Assembly: GCA_026770705.1 (NCBI GenBank)
Contig: JANJGN010000001.1
Location: forward strand, 68,510,001-68,574,000
DNA length: 64,000 nucleotides
Direction of reading: 5' to 3'
From: Isurus oxyrinchus
Lineage: Eukaryota
The translations under genes and the position numbers were made by a program. The notes beneath the pieces were generated by a model that saw only the letters and a program-made list of their open reading frames with translations, did not search any database and was not told the DNA's origin. Shown piece after piece: positions 1 through 13,569 of the stretch; the first letter of the stretch is position 1; the number at the start of each line of letters is the position of its first letter.

Positions 1-290
1 CTGTATCCATTTGCAGGCTCCTTGTGTCCCTCTACAGCTTACTTTCATACCTAGCTTTGTATCGTCAGCAAACTTGGATACATTACACTCAGTCTCTTTA
101 TCTAAGTAATTAGTATGGATTGTAAATAGCTGAGGTCCAAGTACTGATCCTTGTGGCATCCTAAAAGTTATAGCCTGTCAACCAAAATGATGTGTTTATT
201 CCAAATCTTTGCTTTCTGTCCTTTAAAGCAATCCTCCAGCCTTACCAATGTCTTGCTGCAAACCCATGCACCCTTATGCAGCAACATCTC
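1..290 (-). mobile_element. CR1 LINE reverse-transcriptase fragment
   Basis: Minus strand reads PQGSVLGPQLFTI...NVSKFADDTKL. Confidence 0.85.
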
Positions 291-1264
291 AGAACTGCAC
301 TGAAGTGACAGGCTAGTTTATGTCCTGAAGTGAAGGGAAAAGCAAAAAGATTTGAAAAGGCAGGAGAAGTGGGTGGGGCTGATGGAAATAAAGAAAAAGA
401 GAAGAACAAAAGCAAAGGGAAAGAGCAATTAAGTGAATGAGAGAAAAGAAATATGCACATGCACACTTATATCCTTATGAAATCCTTAGCAAGCTATGTC
501 AGGAGCTATGAGAGCCATTTTTTTACTTTGAAATGATGTGGCTCAAAATAATAAAATTGAGAACTGTTGTATTCATCTGTCGGGGATGGGGGGGTGGGGG
601 GGGTGGGGGGCGTCTTCTGACACACTTCTTTTGAGTGTTTTCCCACTATGGAAGTGAGGTTTAAAATTCTTAAGATTCATACACTTTATAAAATTGAGAG
701 AGCTTGTCTGTTGCAAAATAGCTATTTATAGATTCCTAATCCATGTCTTCCACGAGGAAACGGCAGCGCAGCTGCTATAGTGCATTATGGGCCAGGCAGC
801 TCAATTCATTCTGGTTCCATGCATCACATGAATATGCTGTGAAACAAGATTAAAACCTGATATAAGCAATGGGGAGCCATTCCTGCTGACGACAAGTATA
901 ATGGGAAGTCCCAAGCAACCTGCCCACAACTTCCTATTAATTGTAATGAATTGAAAAATCATGGGAGTCTGTCCGTGGATTCTGAATATCTTCAGCCAAT
1001 GGGAGAGGCACCCTTTAGTAGCATGAATGATTTTATTTTGCAAGTGTACAGCTGGTAACTTTGCTCAGAACCACTGTTCTCTAAGGAAAGCTGTCAATTC
1101 CCAACAAGTTAGAATGAATTAGCTGATTCTGTGTGAAGAAGGTATTTGTTGTGCCTGTCTCTAAAGTGAATACTACCAAACTTGCAAAGCAGCTGTATTG
1201 GATTTTCATTTTGACTAATAGGGAGGTCATTGGCAGTCTTACTTAAAGTGGTTCTATGACTTTA

Positions 1265-1683
1265 GGCTGTGACTCAGTTGGTAGAACTTACGCCTCTGAA
1301 TCAATAGTTGAAGTTCCACTCCACAAAAAATCTAGGTTGAATCTCAGTGCAGTACTAAGGGAATGCTGCACTGTCAGAGATGCTGTCTTTTGAATGAGAC
1401 ATCAAATCAAGGCCATGCCTGCTCTCTCCAGTGGATTTAAAAGATCCCGTGACACTCTTTTGAAGAGCAGAGGAGCTCTCCCGGGTGTCCAGACCAACAT
1501 TCAACCCTCAACCACCATCACTAAGGATCAGATTGTCTTGTCAACATCTCATTGCTGCTTGTGGGACCTTGTTGCTGTGTTTCCTACAACAGTATCTATA
1601 CTTCATTGACCACAAAGCACTTTGGGACATCCTGAGGTCGTGAAAAAGGATATATAAATGCACATCTCTGTTTTCTTTCTTTC
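1265..1683 (+). mobile_element. Deu-domain SINE (SacSINE1/AmnSINE1-like), decayed
   Basis: tRNA-like head (gactcagttggtag), central tgcagtactaagggaatgctgcactgtc...aaaagatcccgtgacact...gaagagcag domain, and a tail ...tatataaatgca shared with the L2 3' ends in this window. Confidence 0.75.
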
Positions 1684-2874
1684 CACCCCGCATCAGGAAA
1701 ATAGAGTTCTGTCCATTAGCCCTGGGACACCATGCAGGGAATGAGTGAGGATGCCAGCTGTTGTTCAGGTGGTGTGTGTGAGTTGTCTGCAAATCTTCCA
1801 CCTTAACACCTCCCCAAGTGGACTGAAAGTAACAGATGTCTGACCAGATCCAAACCATGGTATTGCTGTTGAATCCAGCATGGCTGGAGTTTTGTCCGCG
1901 ATGTGACGTTGATAAAGTCCTTTTGTCCTCTCAGCAATTAGAGTGACAATCGCCCTCCATAGTTTAGAAATCCAACCAAATTTATTGTCTGCCACTCTGA
2001 AGATTAAATGTACCTCCATGGGATATTTGCATTCTCAACACCTGAGCGTCAGTCCTGGAACTCCAAATTTCCCGAGTAGTTCCTTGTATCTAAAATTAGA
2101 GTTGCAATCTCGACTGTTCTTTACGATCATCAATGCTAAAATCCCCTTGCTTAACAGCTCTGAATGTCAGTTTAAATCCAAAGTGGATTCACCACAGACT
2201 CAGTTTAGCTCCAGTGCTCATTTCTAATGCAAATTTGAACTTCCAGAATATTTTCTCTGTCATTCAAGGCTAGTATTAACATTTACTGAGCACACAGTTG
2301 TACATGGCACATCACTAAATAGTTTGCTATTAGTTTGCCTGTGCTGGATTATCGACAAGTAAACCCAACAATTATTGATTTTTTCCTTTATAGAAAACAG
2401 ATGGAAGTACTTAAATAAATACATCCAGCTGCAGTATAGTTAACTTTTGGGCCCTGATGCCGCATTTAACTGAGGCAAATGACCAGCCCCCCAGCGCCCC
2501 CCCCCCCCCATCATTCGGTCTGAATTACAAACTGAGGTACAAAACACAGTCTAATGAATGGCAGTTCTCCTCGGTCATGCGGAAGATAACCGTGCAACTC
2601 GTCCTGCTCCCCAGGCACTGTGGAACTGTTTGTGATTGCAGCCACCGTTGGCTCCTGATTGAAGGAAACATTCCCCTCCATGGAGCTGCAAACCTTTGTT
2701 CGGTATACTTGTGAGTTGGATTGTTTATTCTCTTCTCTCCCACTGATATCAAATGAAAATGAAACAATTTAATTTGGAGGAAATCCAATTTCTATTGGAT
2801 AGAGTTGATGTGGAGGATCGTGCAACAATCTTTTTTTCACCTGTAATCCAGGGAGAGGATTTTTTTCCTTTATT

Positions 2875-3115
2875 ATTTCATGGGATATGGGCATCGCTAT
2901 CAAGGCATTTGCTGCCCATCCTGGATTGCACTTGGCTGCTAGCAAGCCACTCGGTTCATTTCAGGGCAGTTAAGAGTCAAGCACATTGCTCTGGACCTGG
3001 AGTCACACGTATATTAGACTATGTAAAGATAGCAGATTTCCTTCCCTAAAGGACATTAGTAAACCAGATGGTTTTTTACAATTGATGATAGGTTCATGGT
3101 CACCATTACTGATGC
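2875..3115 (-). mobile_element. Short SINE-like internal-deletion derivative of the tRNA-headed LINE family
   Basis: The reverse complement joins the LINE 5' domain (ccatctggtttactaatgtcctttagggaaggaaatctg, compare 17295-17333) directly to the LINE 3' tail (ggatgggcagcaaatgc...gcgatgcccatatcccatgaa, compare 20250-20305). Confidence 0.8.
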
Positions 3116-3305
3116 TACAATTCAATTATCCTTTATCCATAAATCTGAAAACCAAACACATCCAAGAACCACACGTTTAACCTCATCAAACTTTAGGAAG
3201 TCTAGTTGTTTGTCTGCACCATTTACCTTGTGATTTTTGTGGTGAAATTGTCAAAAAGAAACATTGCAGGTACCCTGTACTTATTATTCAGTGGCACATC
3301 TAGCC

Positions 3306-4547
3306 ATTTGTTACAATCTTCAGCCAGAAGTGCCGAGTGGATGATCCATCTCGGCCTCCTCCAGACGTCCCCAGCATCACAGATGCCAATCTTCAGCCAA
3401 TTCGATTCACTCCATGTGCTACCAAGAAATGGCTGAAGGCACTGGATATTGCAAATGCTATGGGACCTGACAATATTCCGGCAATAGTACTGAAGACTTG
3501 TGCTCCTGAACTTGCCATGCCCCTAGCCAAGCTGTTCCAGTACAGCTACAACACTGGCATTTACCTGGCTATGTGTAAAATTGCCCAGGTGTGTCCTGTA
3601 CACAAAAAGCAGGACAAATCCAACCCGGCCAATTACAGCCCTATCAGTCTACTCTCGATCATCAGTAAAATAATGGAAGGGATCATCAACAGTGCTATCA
3701 AGCAGCACTTGCTTAGCAATAACCTGCTCACTGATGCTCAGTTTGGGTTCCGCCAGGGCCATTCAGCTCCTGACCTCATTACATAGAAAGTAGGAGCAGA
3801 AGTAGGCCATTCAGTATGATCATGGCTGATCCTCTATCTCAACGCCATTTTCCAGTTTTCTCTCCACACCCCTCGATGCTCCTAATATCCAGAACATGAT
3901 CAATTTCTTTCCTGAATATGCTCAGTTGCCCAGCCTCCACAGCCTTCTGTGGTAGAGCCTTAGTTCAAACATGGACAAAAGAGCTGAACTCCTGAAGTAA
4001 GACTGCTCTTGACATCAAGGCAGCATTTGACTGAGTGTGGCATCAAGGAGCCCTAACAAAACTGGAGTCAATGGGAATCGGGGGAAAACTCTCTGCTGGT
4101 TGGAGTCATACCTAGCACAAAGGATGGTGGTTATGGTTGTTGGAAGTCAGTCATCTCAGCTCCAGGACATCACTGCAGGAGTTCTTCAGGGTAGAATCCT
4201 CAGCCCAACCATCTTAAGCTGCTTCATCAATGACCTTCCTTCCATCATAAGGTTAGAAGTGGGGATGTTCGTTGATGATTGCACAATGTTCAGCACCATT
4301 CGCGACGACTCAGATACTGAAGCAGTTCATATCCAAATGCAACAAGACCTAGACAATATCCAGGCTTGGGCTGACAAGTGGCAAGTAGTGTTCACAAGTG
4401 CCAGGCAGTGACCAACTCCTATAAGAGAGAATCCAACCATCGCCCCTTGATGTTTAATGGCATTACCACCATGGAATCCCCCACTATCAACATCTTGGGG
4501 GTTACCATTGACCAGAAGCTGATCTGGACTAGCCATATAAATACTGT
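3306..4547 (+). mobile_element. Internal RT fragment of the tRNA-headed CR1-group LINE family, interrupted by a CR1 tail
   Basis: ORFs 3337..3786 (GPDNIP...NYSPISLLS...QFGFR) and 4037..4411 (QG..LSP...FVDD); colinear with 18628-19720. Confidence 0.9.
3784..3956 (-). mobile_element. CR1 3' tail nested in the LINE
   Basis: Reverse complement of the typical tail gatcagccatgatc...gaatggcctacttctgctcctact; it splits the host LINE between attaca and gcctt. Confidence 0.75.
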
Positions 4548-4604
4548 GTGCTTTGTCTTAACTTTGCTACAAAAGTCTGAATCCACCAAAACGGCCAGCC
4601 TTGG

Positions 4605-5460
4605 GTGACTGATTCTGAAGGGACTTGACAGGATACACAGTGAAAGGCAGTTTCCCTTGGGTGGGGAATCTAGAACACGGGGCACTGTGTTGGGGTAAGG
4701 AGAGATTATTTAGGACTGTGATGAGGAGAAATTTCTTCAATCAAGCTTGTGAATCTCTGGTATTTTCTATTCTGAGGGTCCTGATGCTCCATATTTAGGT
4801 ATATTTAAAGCTGAGATTGACAGATTGTTGGGCCAGGATTTTTAGAATGGTGGAGTTTCCTTTCCTACTATCTGAAAAGTTGGTGGCAAACACATCTCCG
4901 CTGATAAATGGCTGCAGGGTAGCCTGTAACGCTCAAAAGAGCATTATTTGACTGGAAATGGTACTGCTATCCCTGACTGGGGAGGAAGTCTCACCTCAGA
5001 GATGCCAGCCAACCTGATTAATTGGTTGCCAGCTGTCTAGTCCCAGCAGCACTAGAAGCTGCAGTGGACTGAATTGGGACTGCAAGCAGGAAACGGACTG
5101 TCAGCAGGAAATGGCCCTTAAGTGGCCATTAATTGACCAGCTTAGGGCTTCAATTGGGACAGCGGTGGTGGGCTAGCCTGGGCATTGCGCACCCCTCCAT
5201 GAAATTGCAGAGAATTCAGGGTGGGTGGGAGCCTGGTGGGAAGGCCATCCAAGGAAATTAACACTCCCCCTCCCACCTGCAAACCCGCTGACAGGGGAAT
5301 GTAAAACTCTTGGTTTCTCAGGCACTTAACAGATATGGGGAGTGGGCAGGAAAGTGGCGCTCAGTGAGGCAGAAGATTTCCCCATGGTCATATTGAATCG
5401 AGGAGCAGGCTCAAGGAGCCATATGGTCTACTCCAACTCCATATTTTTTTGTTATGTTAT
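4605..5460 (+). mobile_element. CR1 3' end interrupted by a MITE (about 4830-5313)
   Basis: ILKGLDR...GESRTRGH...RRNFF-like coding remnant and tail atggtctactccaactcc; similar to 45822-46220. Confidence 0.75.
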
Positions 5461-5599
5461 GATAAACCATTAGAATATTTTTTTCTCAAATATGCATCAT
5501 GTTTTTCATGCAAATCTCTGCATGTTTCAAAAGTAAAATATTATTGCTTGATTGGTGTTCAAGAATACTCTGGGAAAATGGGAAAAAGGTTGAGTTGCT

Positions 5600-5775
5600 T
5601 AAATAAGAGCAAAAAACTGCAGCTGCTGGAAATCTGAAGTAAAAGCAAAAATGATGGAAAAACCCGCAGGCCTGGCAGCATCTGTGGAGATGGGCTTGAA
5701 ACATTAACTCTGTTTCACACTCCACAGATGCTGCTAGACATGCTGAGTTTTTTCAGCTTTTTCTGTTTTTAATTT
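5600..5775. mobile_element. Fold-back (inverted pair) of Penelope-type terminal repeat
   Basis: ggaaaaacccgcaggcctggcagcatctgtggag is inverted relative to ctccacagatgctgctagacatgctgagtttttt; same sequence as the Penelope tails at 8540-8608. Confidence 0.7.
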
Positions 5776-6289
5776 TGAATTGCTTAAAATTAGGTTTACT
5801 GTTTTTTGTGCATGTCAGGGAGGTTGAATTATCTGCCTTCCATAGGAGAGCTTTTGTGACCAAATCAGCCCCTTCAATAGCACTTCTATATCCAGTGATT
5901 GAAGGGATTATGACAGCTCTGAATACAAACTCCCTATTCCAACTAGAATGCTGGTCAGTTTTCTCCAAACACTGTAAACAAGAACTCATGGAAACTAAAT
6001 TAGACCCGTTGAAAAATATTTCTTTCAACTTCAGCTGGTTGTATCATGGATTTGTGCCGACTGGTTTCTTATGCCAACTGGGTGATTTGTTGTGACCTCT
6101 GCCTGCCTTAACTTTATCCAGTTGCAACTTCAAAGTACTACAGAGGTCATAGCAATGATGTGAGCCTTTTACAGAATATGCACATCTACACAAGCATTCA
6201 TAAACTTTCCTTCTCCTTCATGCCTTTCTCTAAACAACTAATGTAATTTTCAATGCAGTGGCTTCCTACAAATGCTTTAATGGGCAGTG

Positions 6290-6860
6290 CTTTTACAATA
6301 TAATAAATATGAATTTAGTTCTGAGGGATAAAGTGGGGCAAGTGAAACATTTGTAAGTGGGAGAGCATTTGGAGAACAGTGATCATGATAGCTTCAGGTT
6401 TAGCATAGTTATGGAAAAGAACCATGAACAATCAAGCATAAAAAATACTTAAAGGACCGTGAAGTAAGCTAAAAAGGGACCTTGCTCATGGGGATTAGAA
6501 TCAAAAAATGCTAGGTAAAACAATAATTAAACAACGGGAACCTTTTAAGGATGAGATGGTTTGGGTACAGTGTGGATGCATTTCTAGAAGTGATAAAGGA
6601 GAGGCCATCCAAAACTAGAACTCCCTGGATGACTAAGGGTATAGAGATGAAAATGAAACAAAAGGAGATTTATAACAAATTTAAGGTACATTAGAGAACT
6701 GGCCTGAATACAGTAAGTACAGAGGCAATCTGAAAAGGGAATGATGGGGACAAAAAAGGAGTCCAAGAATATATTAGCACCTAACATAAAAGAGAATCTA
6801 GAAGCGTTTTTTTTAATGAGCAAATAGTAAAAGTATGGTCAAAGGAAGGGTAGGTAGAGA
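6290..6860 (+). mobile_element. Decayed CR1 ORF2 fragment
   Basis: GEHLENSDH-like endonuclease C-terminal motif followed by the PW motif and an A-rich tether region. Confidence 0.6.
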
Positions 6861-7523
6861 TAATTCAAATTTGTCCTTGTTAATCAAGGTTGTTCTATTT
6901 TAAAGACATATTGAAGAACCAGCTGAGACTTTTGTGTGATTGTTACAAATAACAGGGCAATATTTGCAAAAGACCAATCAAGATGGTCTTCAATTCCTTG
7001 ACACAGGGTGGACAACTTAAGATGCAAAACTTTCAACAGCAGTAACTAAAGATGACCAAAACATTCACATGTGCACTATGCATAATCCCGTGCTTCACAG
7101 ATTGGACAAGATGAGCAGGTCCATAGACAATAAATAACGTTTGATTGTCTTGTTAGTAATCCAAGCATTCCTGATTTAGCCCCCAACAACTCTAGTCCAG
7201 CAATAGGCATAGCTCCCAATCTCAGAAGAACATTAACTTATGTGCTCTGTATCATTTCCATTCATGGCAACAACTTTGTGTTCTTTCTGAATGAAACATA
7301 GGGACAGTATCCCATTTAGCCCTGGAGCCTCTTCCACCATTCAATTAGATCATGGTGGATCTGTACCTCAAAACCATTTTTCGGCCTTTGATCCACATCC
7401 CCTGTTCTGATTGACAATTTAGTGTTAAGCTGCAAGTGGTTTTGTGCTTTACACTCTCATTCTCTGAAGACTAAATTAAAGGTGCCTAAAGGATCCTTGC
7501 AGTCAGCAGGAAGTAGAGGAGAT

Positions 7524-8611
7524 AAAAACAAAAAAAAAGGATCATCCTCCGCCATTTCCGCCAACTCCAGCATGATGCCACCACCAAACACATCTTCCCT
7601 TCACCCCCCTTATCGGCATTCCGTAGGGATCGCTCCCTCCGGGACACCCTGGTCCACTCCTCCATCACCCCCTACTCCTCAACCCCTCCTATGGCACCAC
7701 CCCATGCCCACGTAAAAGATGTAACACCTGCCCCTTCACTTCCTCTCTCCTCACCGTCCAAGGGCCCAAACACTCCTTTCAAGTGAAGCAGCATTTCACT
7801 TGCATTTCCCCCAACTTAGTCTATTGCATTCGTTGCTCCCAATGTGGTCTCCTCTACATTGGAGAGACCAAACGTAAACTGGGCGACCGCTTTGCAGAAC
7901 ACCTGCGGTCTGTCCGCAAGAATGACCCAAACCTCCCTGTCGCTTGCCATTTTAACACTCCACCCTGCTCTCTTGCCCACATGTCTGTCCTTGGCTTACT
8001 GCATTGTTCCAGTGAAGCCCAACGCAAACTGGAGGAACAACACCTCATCTTCCGACTAGGCACCTTACAGCCTTCCGGTCTGAATATTGAATTCAATAAC
8101 TTTAGGTCGTGAGCTCCCTCCCCCATCCCCACCCCCCTTCTGTTTCCCCCTTTTTTCCCCCTTTTTTTTCCCTATAAATTTTATAGATTTTTCTTTTCCC
8201 ACCTATTTCCATTATTTTTAAATATTTTAAAATCTTTTATGCTCCCCCCACCCCCACTAGAGCTGTACCTTGAGTGCCCTACCATCCATTCTTAATTAGC
8301 ACATTCGTTTAGATAATATCACCAACTTTAACTTTAACATCTATGTGTTCTTTTGTACCATTGTCACTGACATCTTTTGATGATCTGCTTCTATCACTGC
8401 TTGTTTGTCTACACAACCACCTCTCTCTCTCTCTCTATCTCTCCGCCCCCCACACACACACCTTAAACCAGCTTATATTTCAACTCTTTCTTGGACTCGA
8501 AATCAAGTTCTGTCGAAGGGTCATGAGGACTCGAAACGTCAACTCTTTTCTTCTCCGCCGATGCTGCCAGACCCGCTGAGTTTTTCCAGGTAATTCTGTT
8601 TTTGTTTTAGA
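7524..8611 (+). mobile_element. 5'-truncated Penelope-like element (GIY-YIG endonuclease plus tail)
   Basis: ORF 7783..8112 LVYCIRCSQCGLLYIGETKRKLGDRFAEH...GLN; 13-bp TSD aagtagaggagat at 7511-7523 and 8612-8624. Confidence 0.92.
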
Positions 8612-9284
8612 AAGTAGAGGAGATTTGCACCGTCTGAAGTGGATTCAAACCCAGGACTTGAGTGAGAAGCCCTAATGAGCTAACCTGTTTCATAACTCTC
8701 CAATAGGTTGCATTAAATAATTCTGCACATTGCTTTTAAACATTTTGCTGTAAGATTTTTTAAAATAATGGTTCAATATAAAAGTCAGTATAAACATTGT
8801 GCAAATTAATAGCATTGTGAATTATTCATGATAAGACCTTCTAATGTCCTTGCCTTTTGAGCATGCAAGTTAGAAAAATAAGAGGCCAGGCTTTCTACTT
8901 GTGTATTCGCCAGCCTGCGATTTGCCTTTCTGTTGAAATGAAAACAATTTTTAAATTTGGAAATATTTTTAAATCAAATATTGATTTGATTGCTCGGTAT
9001 TATTAATGGAATCTTGCAAAGTTATTCTTGCATATTCAGGAAGTTTCTTTTACAGCTGTGCAAGACATATATTTAAAGGTCAAACACTGTAATGCACCAG
9101 TTAAAAGTAATGATGTGGTGGGAGGTATTTGGATGTAATGTAAGGCGAGGGACTGGATACCAGACGTTGAAATTCCATCCTTTTGTTCCCTGAAGGCCTG
9201 ACTGTTCCAATTCTCTTCTGACTGGCCTCCCATCTCCATTTCAGCTCTTATAAAACTCTGCTGCCTGTATCCTATCCTGCACTG

Positions 9285-9740
9285 TCTTAACCCATCACCC
9301 CGTCTTTTCACTGACCTACATTAGCTCCAGATGCCCAAATGTCTCAAGTTTTTAAAAAAAAATCACCCTTTTTCTTAAACCCCACTTGACTTTAATTGCT
9401 TCTACACCTTAACATGCTCGAGGCTTACAACCTCCTACTCTGTTTCAAATTTGCTATGTTCTTTTGCTTATGTTCCTTTCCCTACTCATCATCATTGGCA
9501 ATCATGCCTTAAAACTGCTTAGATCAGACACACTGAAATTCCATTCCTGAATTCCACTGCCTCTCCACTTCCCTCTCTTCCCTTAAGACCCTCCTTAAAA
9601 TCCATCTTCTTTGACAAAGCTATATAGTCACCCATCTTAAAAGCTCCTTTTTTGATTTAGCGTCTGTCTTTTTGACTGTGCCTCTGTGAAATACTTTGGG
9701 GTGTTTTTCTATCTTAAAGGTTCCATATAAATGCAAGTCA
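9285..9740 (+). mobile_element. L2-type LINE 3' end, decayed
   Basis: PITP..DLHW-like remnant, FK.LLK.HLF-like end, tail aaaggttccatataaatgcaagt. Confidence 0.65.
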
Positions 9741-12700
9741 TGCATAAAGCACACATTCCAGAATAAGGGAGAATGTATGGAGTATAGTAAGACTTTTTTT
9801 CATAAGACTTTATTGGGCCTTTTAATATGGATCCGGGTTTCTGTCTCAGGAACTGTATTTGAAATTCTTGTACTGTAGTTGATTAAATTCTGCAACAGAA
9901 CTTGAAATTTTCAGTTTGTGTAAAATGCGATTTTTACCAAAGTTTGCATCTTTTGTTACTGCACATGTATGCATAAGAAGATTAAAGGTTCAATCGAGGA
10001 AATGAATTGTTATGATATATGTAGAAATGTAATCTGGATTAAGTGCTTTGTGTGTTTATTTAGCAAAAGTAATCCACTACTCCAGAGGAGCATGTGATGG
10101 ATTTTTCCTATTCTGATACCAATTATACCTTCAGTGCAAAAATGCCCCTTGGATAGACTGGGAAAGGATAATTAAATTTAACAGCTTTCTGAGAGGAAAT
10201 ATTCTGATTGATGGGGGTCCAAGGGCAACTCTATACTCCTGATTGACAAAGCACATGCTTGGCCAATATATTGCTGTTGCTCATCTGAGCAGGGACTTGC
10301 ATTATCCTGATGACCCCTAGACTCAAGTAAAAAGTCAAAAACTCCTACAATGTCCTATGGTTATATGCCCTTTCAAACTCATACTTGTTCTGCATATCAG
10401 TTGATGCTGCGAAAAATGAGATTTTTAGAATAGTGACAGTTCTTCATCTGGTGAAAATATATAATGCACGATTTAGCCGGACGGATTAAAAATTCTTCTT
10501 TTCCAGTCTTTCATGTTCTGCTTTTATGGTACAAACTGATTTGAGGTTTCTATCAGGATGACTCCCATTAGGAGATGCCAGCATGGTAAAGGATTAGATT
10601 ACAGATCTAATAAATCTTTACTTGGTCTTAATCAGTGATCCATTCTCTCTCCTAGCTTTATAATAGTTAACATTGGTGACCTGAATCCAGTTTCCAGCAT
10701 ATACATTTACAAAACTTATCTTACAAGCTACAAATATTGGCACCAAAAATAAATTTACCCTGAGGTTACTAATGTTTTTACTTCCTTTGAGGATACCTTT
10801 TGGTGTGCCTTATTTCTGCTACTAGGAGGCTATGTTTGTGTTTACAGTGCTACTTGTTTGTTTCAGTTCCTTCTGTTGAAATTAAGTCATTTATAATGTG
10901 CTCAACAATGTGTCAGCCAATATGTCACACCTGTACAGCTGGGGCTATACAGCAACAATAATTTGCTGTTTACTGATTGCTTCACTGTTGGAATATTCAC
11001 AATGTGTTAGCTTGAGAAAGCTTAAAATTAATGAATAGAACTTACCATTAAGAAATAACTAATTTTATTGACATGGTAGCAATCAAATTTTTCTTGTGTT
11101 ATTCATATGGCAGCAGAATAGGCATCAAGCATAAATTTAATACACAAAGTAAGTGCAAACTGGAAATTGAAACTGGACAAAAGCTTGCCTTCAAGTAGAC
11201 AGCTATCATATATTAAAAATATTCATCTGCATGTGCTTTCTGTCCATAGTGTCCATTACTAATTCCTTTGTCCGCAGTTATACTGGAAACTGGCTATGTA
11301 AACTCGTAATGCTGTAATTTTAATATCCTGCCATGGGGAAAAGTTATTGTTATGTTGTAGTTCATCATTGCCTTGCTTAGGGTGGTCTCTGCTGACTTCC
11401 CTGTGATTAAAAGTAACTGTTTCATCTGGCATTAATTTGTATTACATCCCCGCGGAAAATTGGTATGCATTTTCCTGATTGATTTTTGAATGATGGTGGT
11501 ATGGACTCAAGCTTGTGCTGATTGAATTTAGCCTATACCCATCAGCACAGGAAATAATCATATAATGCTTTGTGTTCATTTGAAACAAAGTGTGTCCAGA
11601 AAGGGAGAGGTGTAAGTCAAATTGTTTGATGCTTACTTTGGTTGGTGCATTTTTTTTTGCCTGTTAATCAGGCTGCAAATAATTAGGTCAGATCAGGGAC
11701 AGGGAAAACCTTGCTGTTCCAACCTACTTAAATGATACTTCCCTATTTCTGTCAATCATAAATTACCATCATTATCTTTGGAGAAGTTCACAGGCTGCTC
11801 CATCTTGTCACTGGGTCATTTTATAGTAACAAGTAGAACTCATGAAGGGAACAAAGGCGGAACACTCTAGGTAAGAGTTCATGGTACCTGCTATAAACAT
11901 CTATAGTGAATTCAGTTTGGACTTCTATTGCCTATTGTGAATATTAAGTAAGACGTTAATCCCTTTCAATGAGATAAATGAAACAAGCAGCCAGTAATTT
12001 GTAGATGTATGGAATTCTGGAGGTAATAAAATGCTTTAATTTAAGATTAATTACATTTCTCCACAATCAAGACTATTTACAGTCTTCATATTTTGTATAG
12101 ACTGAAACCCTCTGAGAGAATGCTATAAATGAACTGATGGATTTGTGCAGTCTTCAATATGTGAAAGACATTCTTCTGAGCTTGGTAGCAAATTGCACTT
12201 TTCACAGTGTGCTACTTAATGCCCAATAAATTACTGGGTAGATTTCGAGAATTAGTATTCCATATGGATAGTTGTGCTTTTACAGAGCAGATTCTATTTG
12301 CTTTTGTTTAAAGGGCATTGTCTCAGATGAGTGATTTATCAATAAGATTAATAAAGCAGACAACTTTAAGGCTCTTTCAGTGTGAAGGCAACTTTGAGTG
12401 CTTTTAATAACCTCAACCAGCACTCCAGAATCCTGTCAAAGCTGTTTGTTTAATTGTAAATTATACTAGAGGATGCGGGTGCTTCTGATCAGCATCAGTG
12501 AAATGGTCTCACACCAGACATAGAGAGGTACCTAAGGCTTGCAGCACAGATGGGAAGACATTGACTTCAGTAACAGTCTGTGCTGCGGGACTTCTGCAGA
12601 AAATAGAATAGCCATTTTGCAATATATTCAAATCTTCCCAAATTTAGTTTTGACTTTTTTTGAAAATCTATTCCCTGATATTAAAAACTGGAGACTGGGA

Positions 12701-13569
12701 AGAAGTCTTTGCCTAGTGTTTTCGAGTCTAATACAGCTCTTTGGCGTTTTCAGTTTTTTTCACTTTTAGAAGCAATCCACAGTAAATAAAATTTCCAAAT
12801 CGCTTGCTGTGACTTTGGAAGAAGAAAGACAAGCAGGGAGATTGGGAGAACCCCGCCAAAATTTCAGGATATTTTATTTAGTGCAGATGCACTCATTCCC
12901 CATTCCTCTATTGTGTCCTGAAGATATTGCCTTTTGCTGGGGTATGGCACCTTCCTAATATGCCCAGTCAGTGTCTGACCCTGGATAGTGACTTCTGGTG
13001 GACTGTTCATTTTTGGGAGGACCTCAAAGGTGAGCCTAATCCTGCCCGTATCATAAGTGGGCCCAATCCTGCCATATCAAAGGTAGGCCAAATCCTGCCC
13101 CTATCAACGTTCACACATGCGCATTGCCAGCAAACTGGAGTTGGGGAATCTCCCTTGGTCTGTTTCTAACCTCCTGATCATTCACTATGGATTGTTGGAA
13201 GTTCAAGCTTACAAATTCCCTCACGCTGAGCTCCCAATTTCAGCTGTAACAATTTTAGAATTTAATGAGGACTGTGCCAACTCTTTCTCATGTAGGGTGG
13301 GAAAGAAAGAGGGCCCAATTTTAACTCTGTGCGAGTGGCTGAGTTTTGAATAGGTTAAAATCAGGCAGAGAGAGAGTTGCTAACGCTTGTTTCAGAATTG
13401 CTTTGCCGTAAGTCTAGGAATGGATCTATTGCCTGTTCTTTCATCTAGGGTATTTCTTAACTCAAGTAGATCCACGAAATAGAAAATTGGGGCCATAAAC
13501 TTAGATCGAAGCTGAAATCCCATCTCATCATGAACCCAAATGTATGCTTTCTTTGTTAGACTTGCTGCA

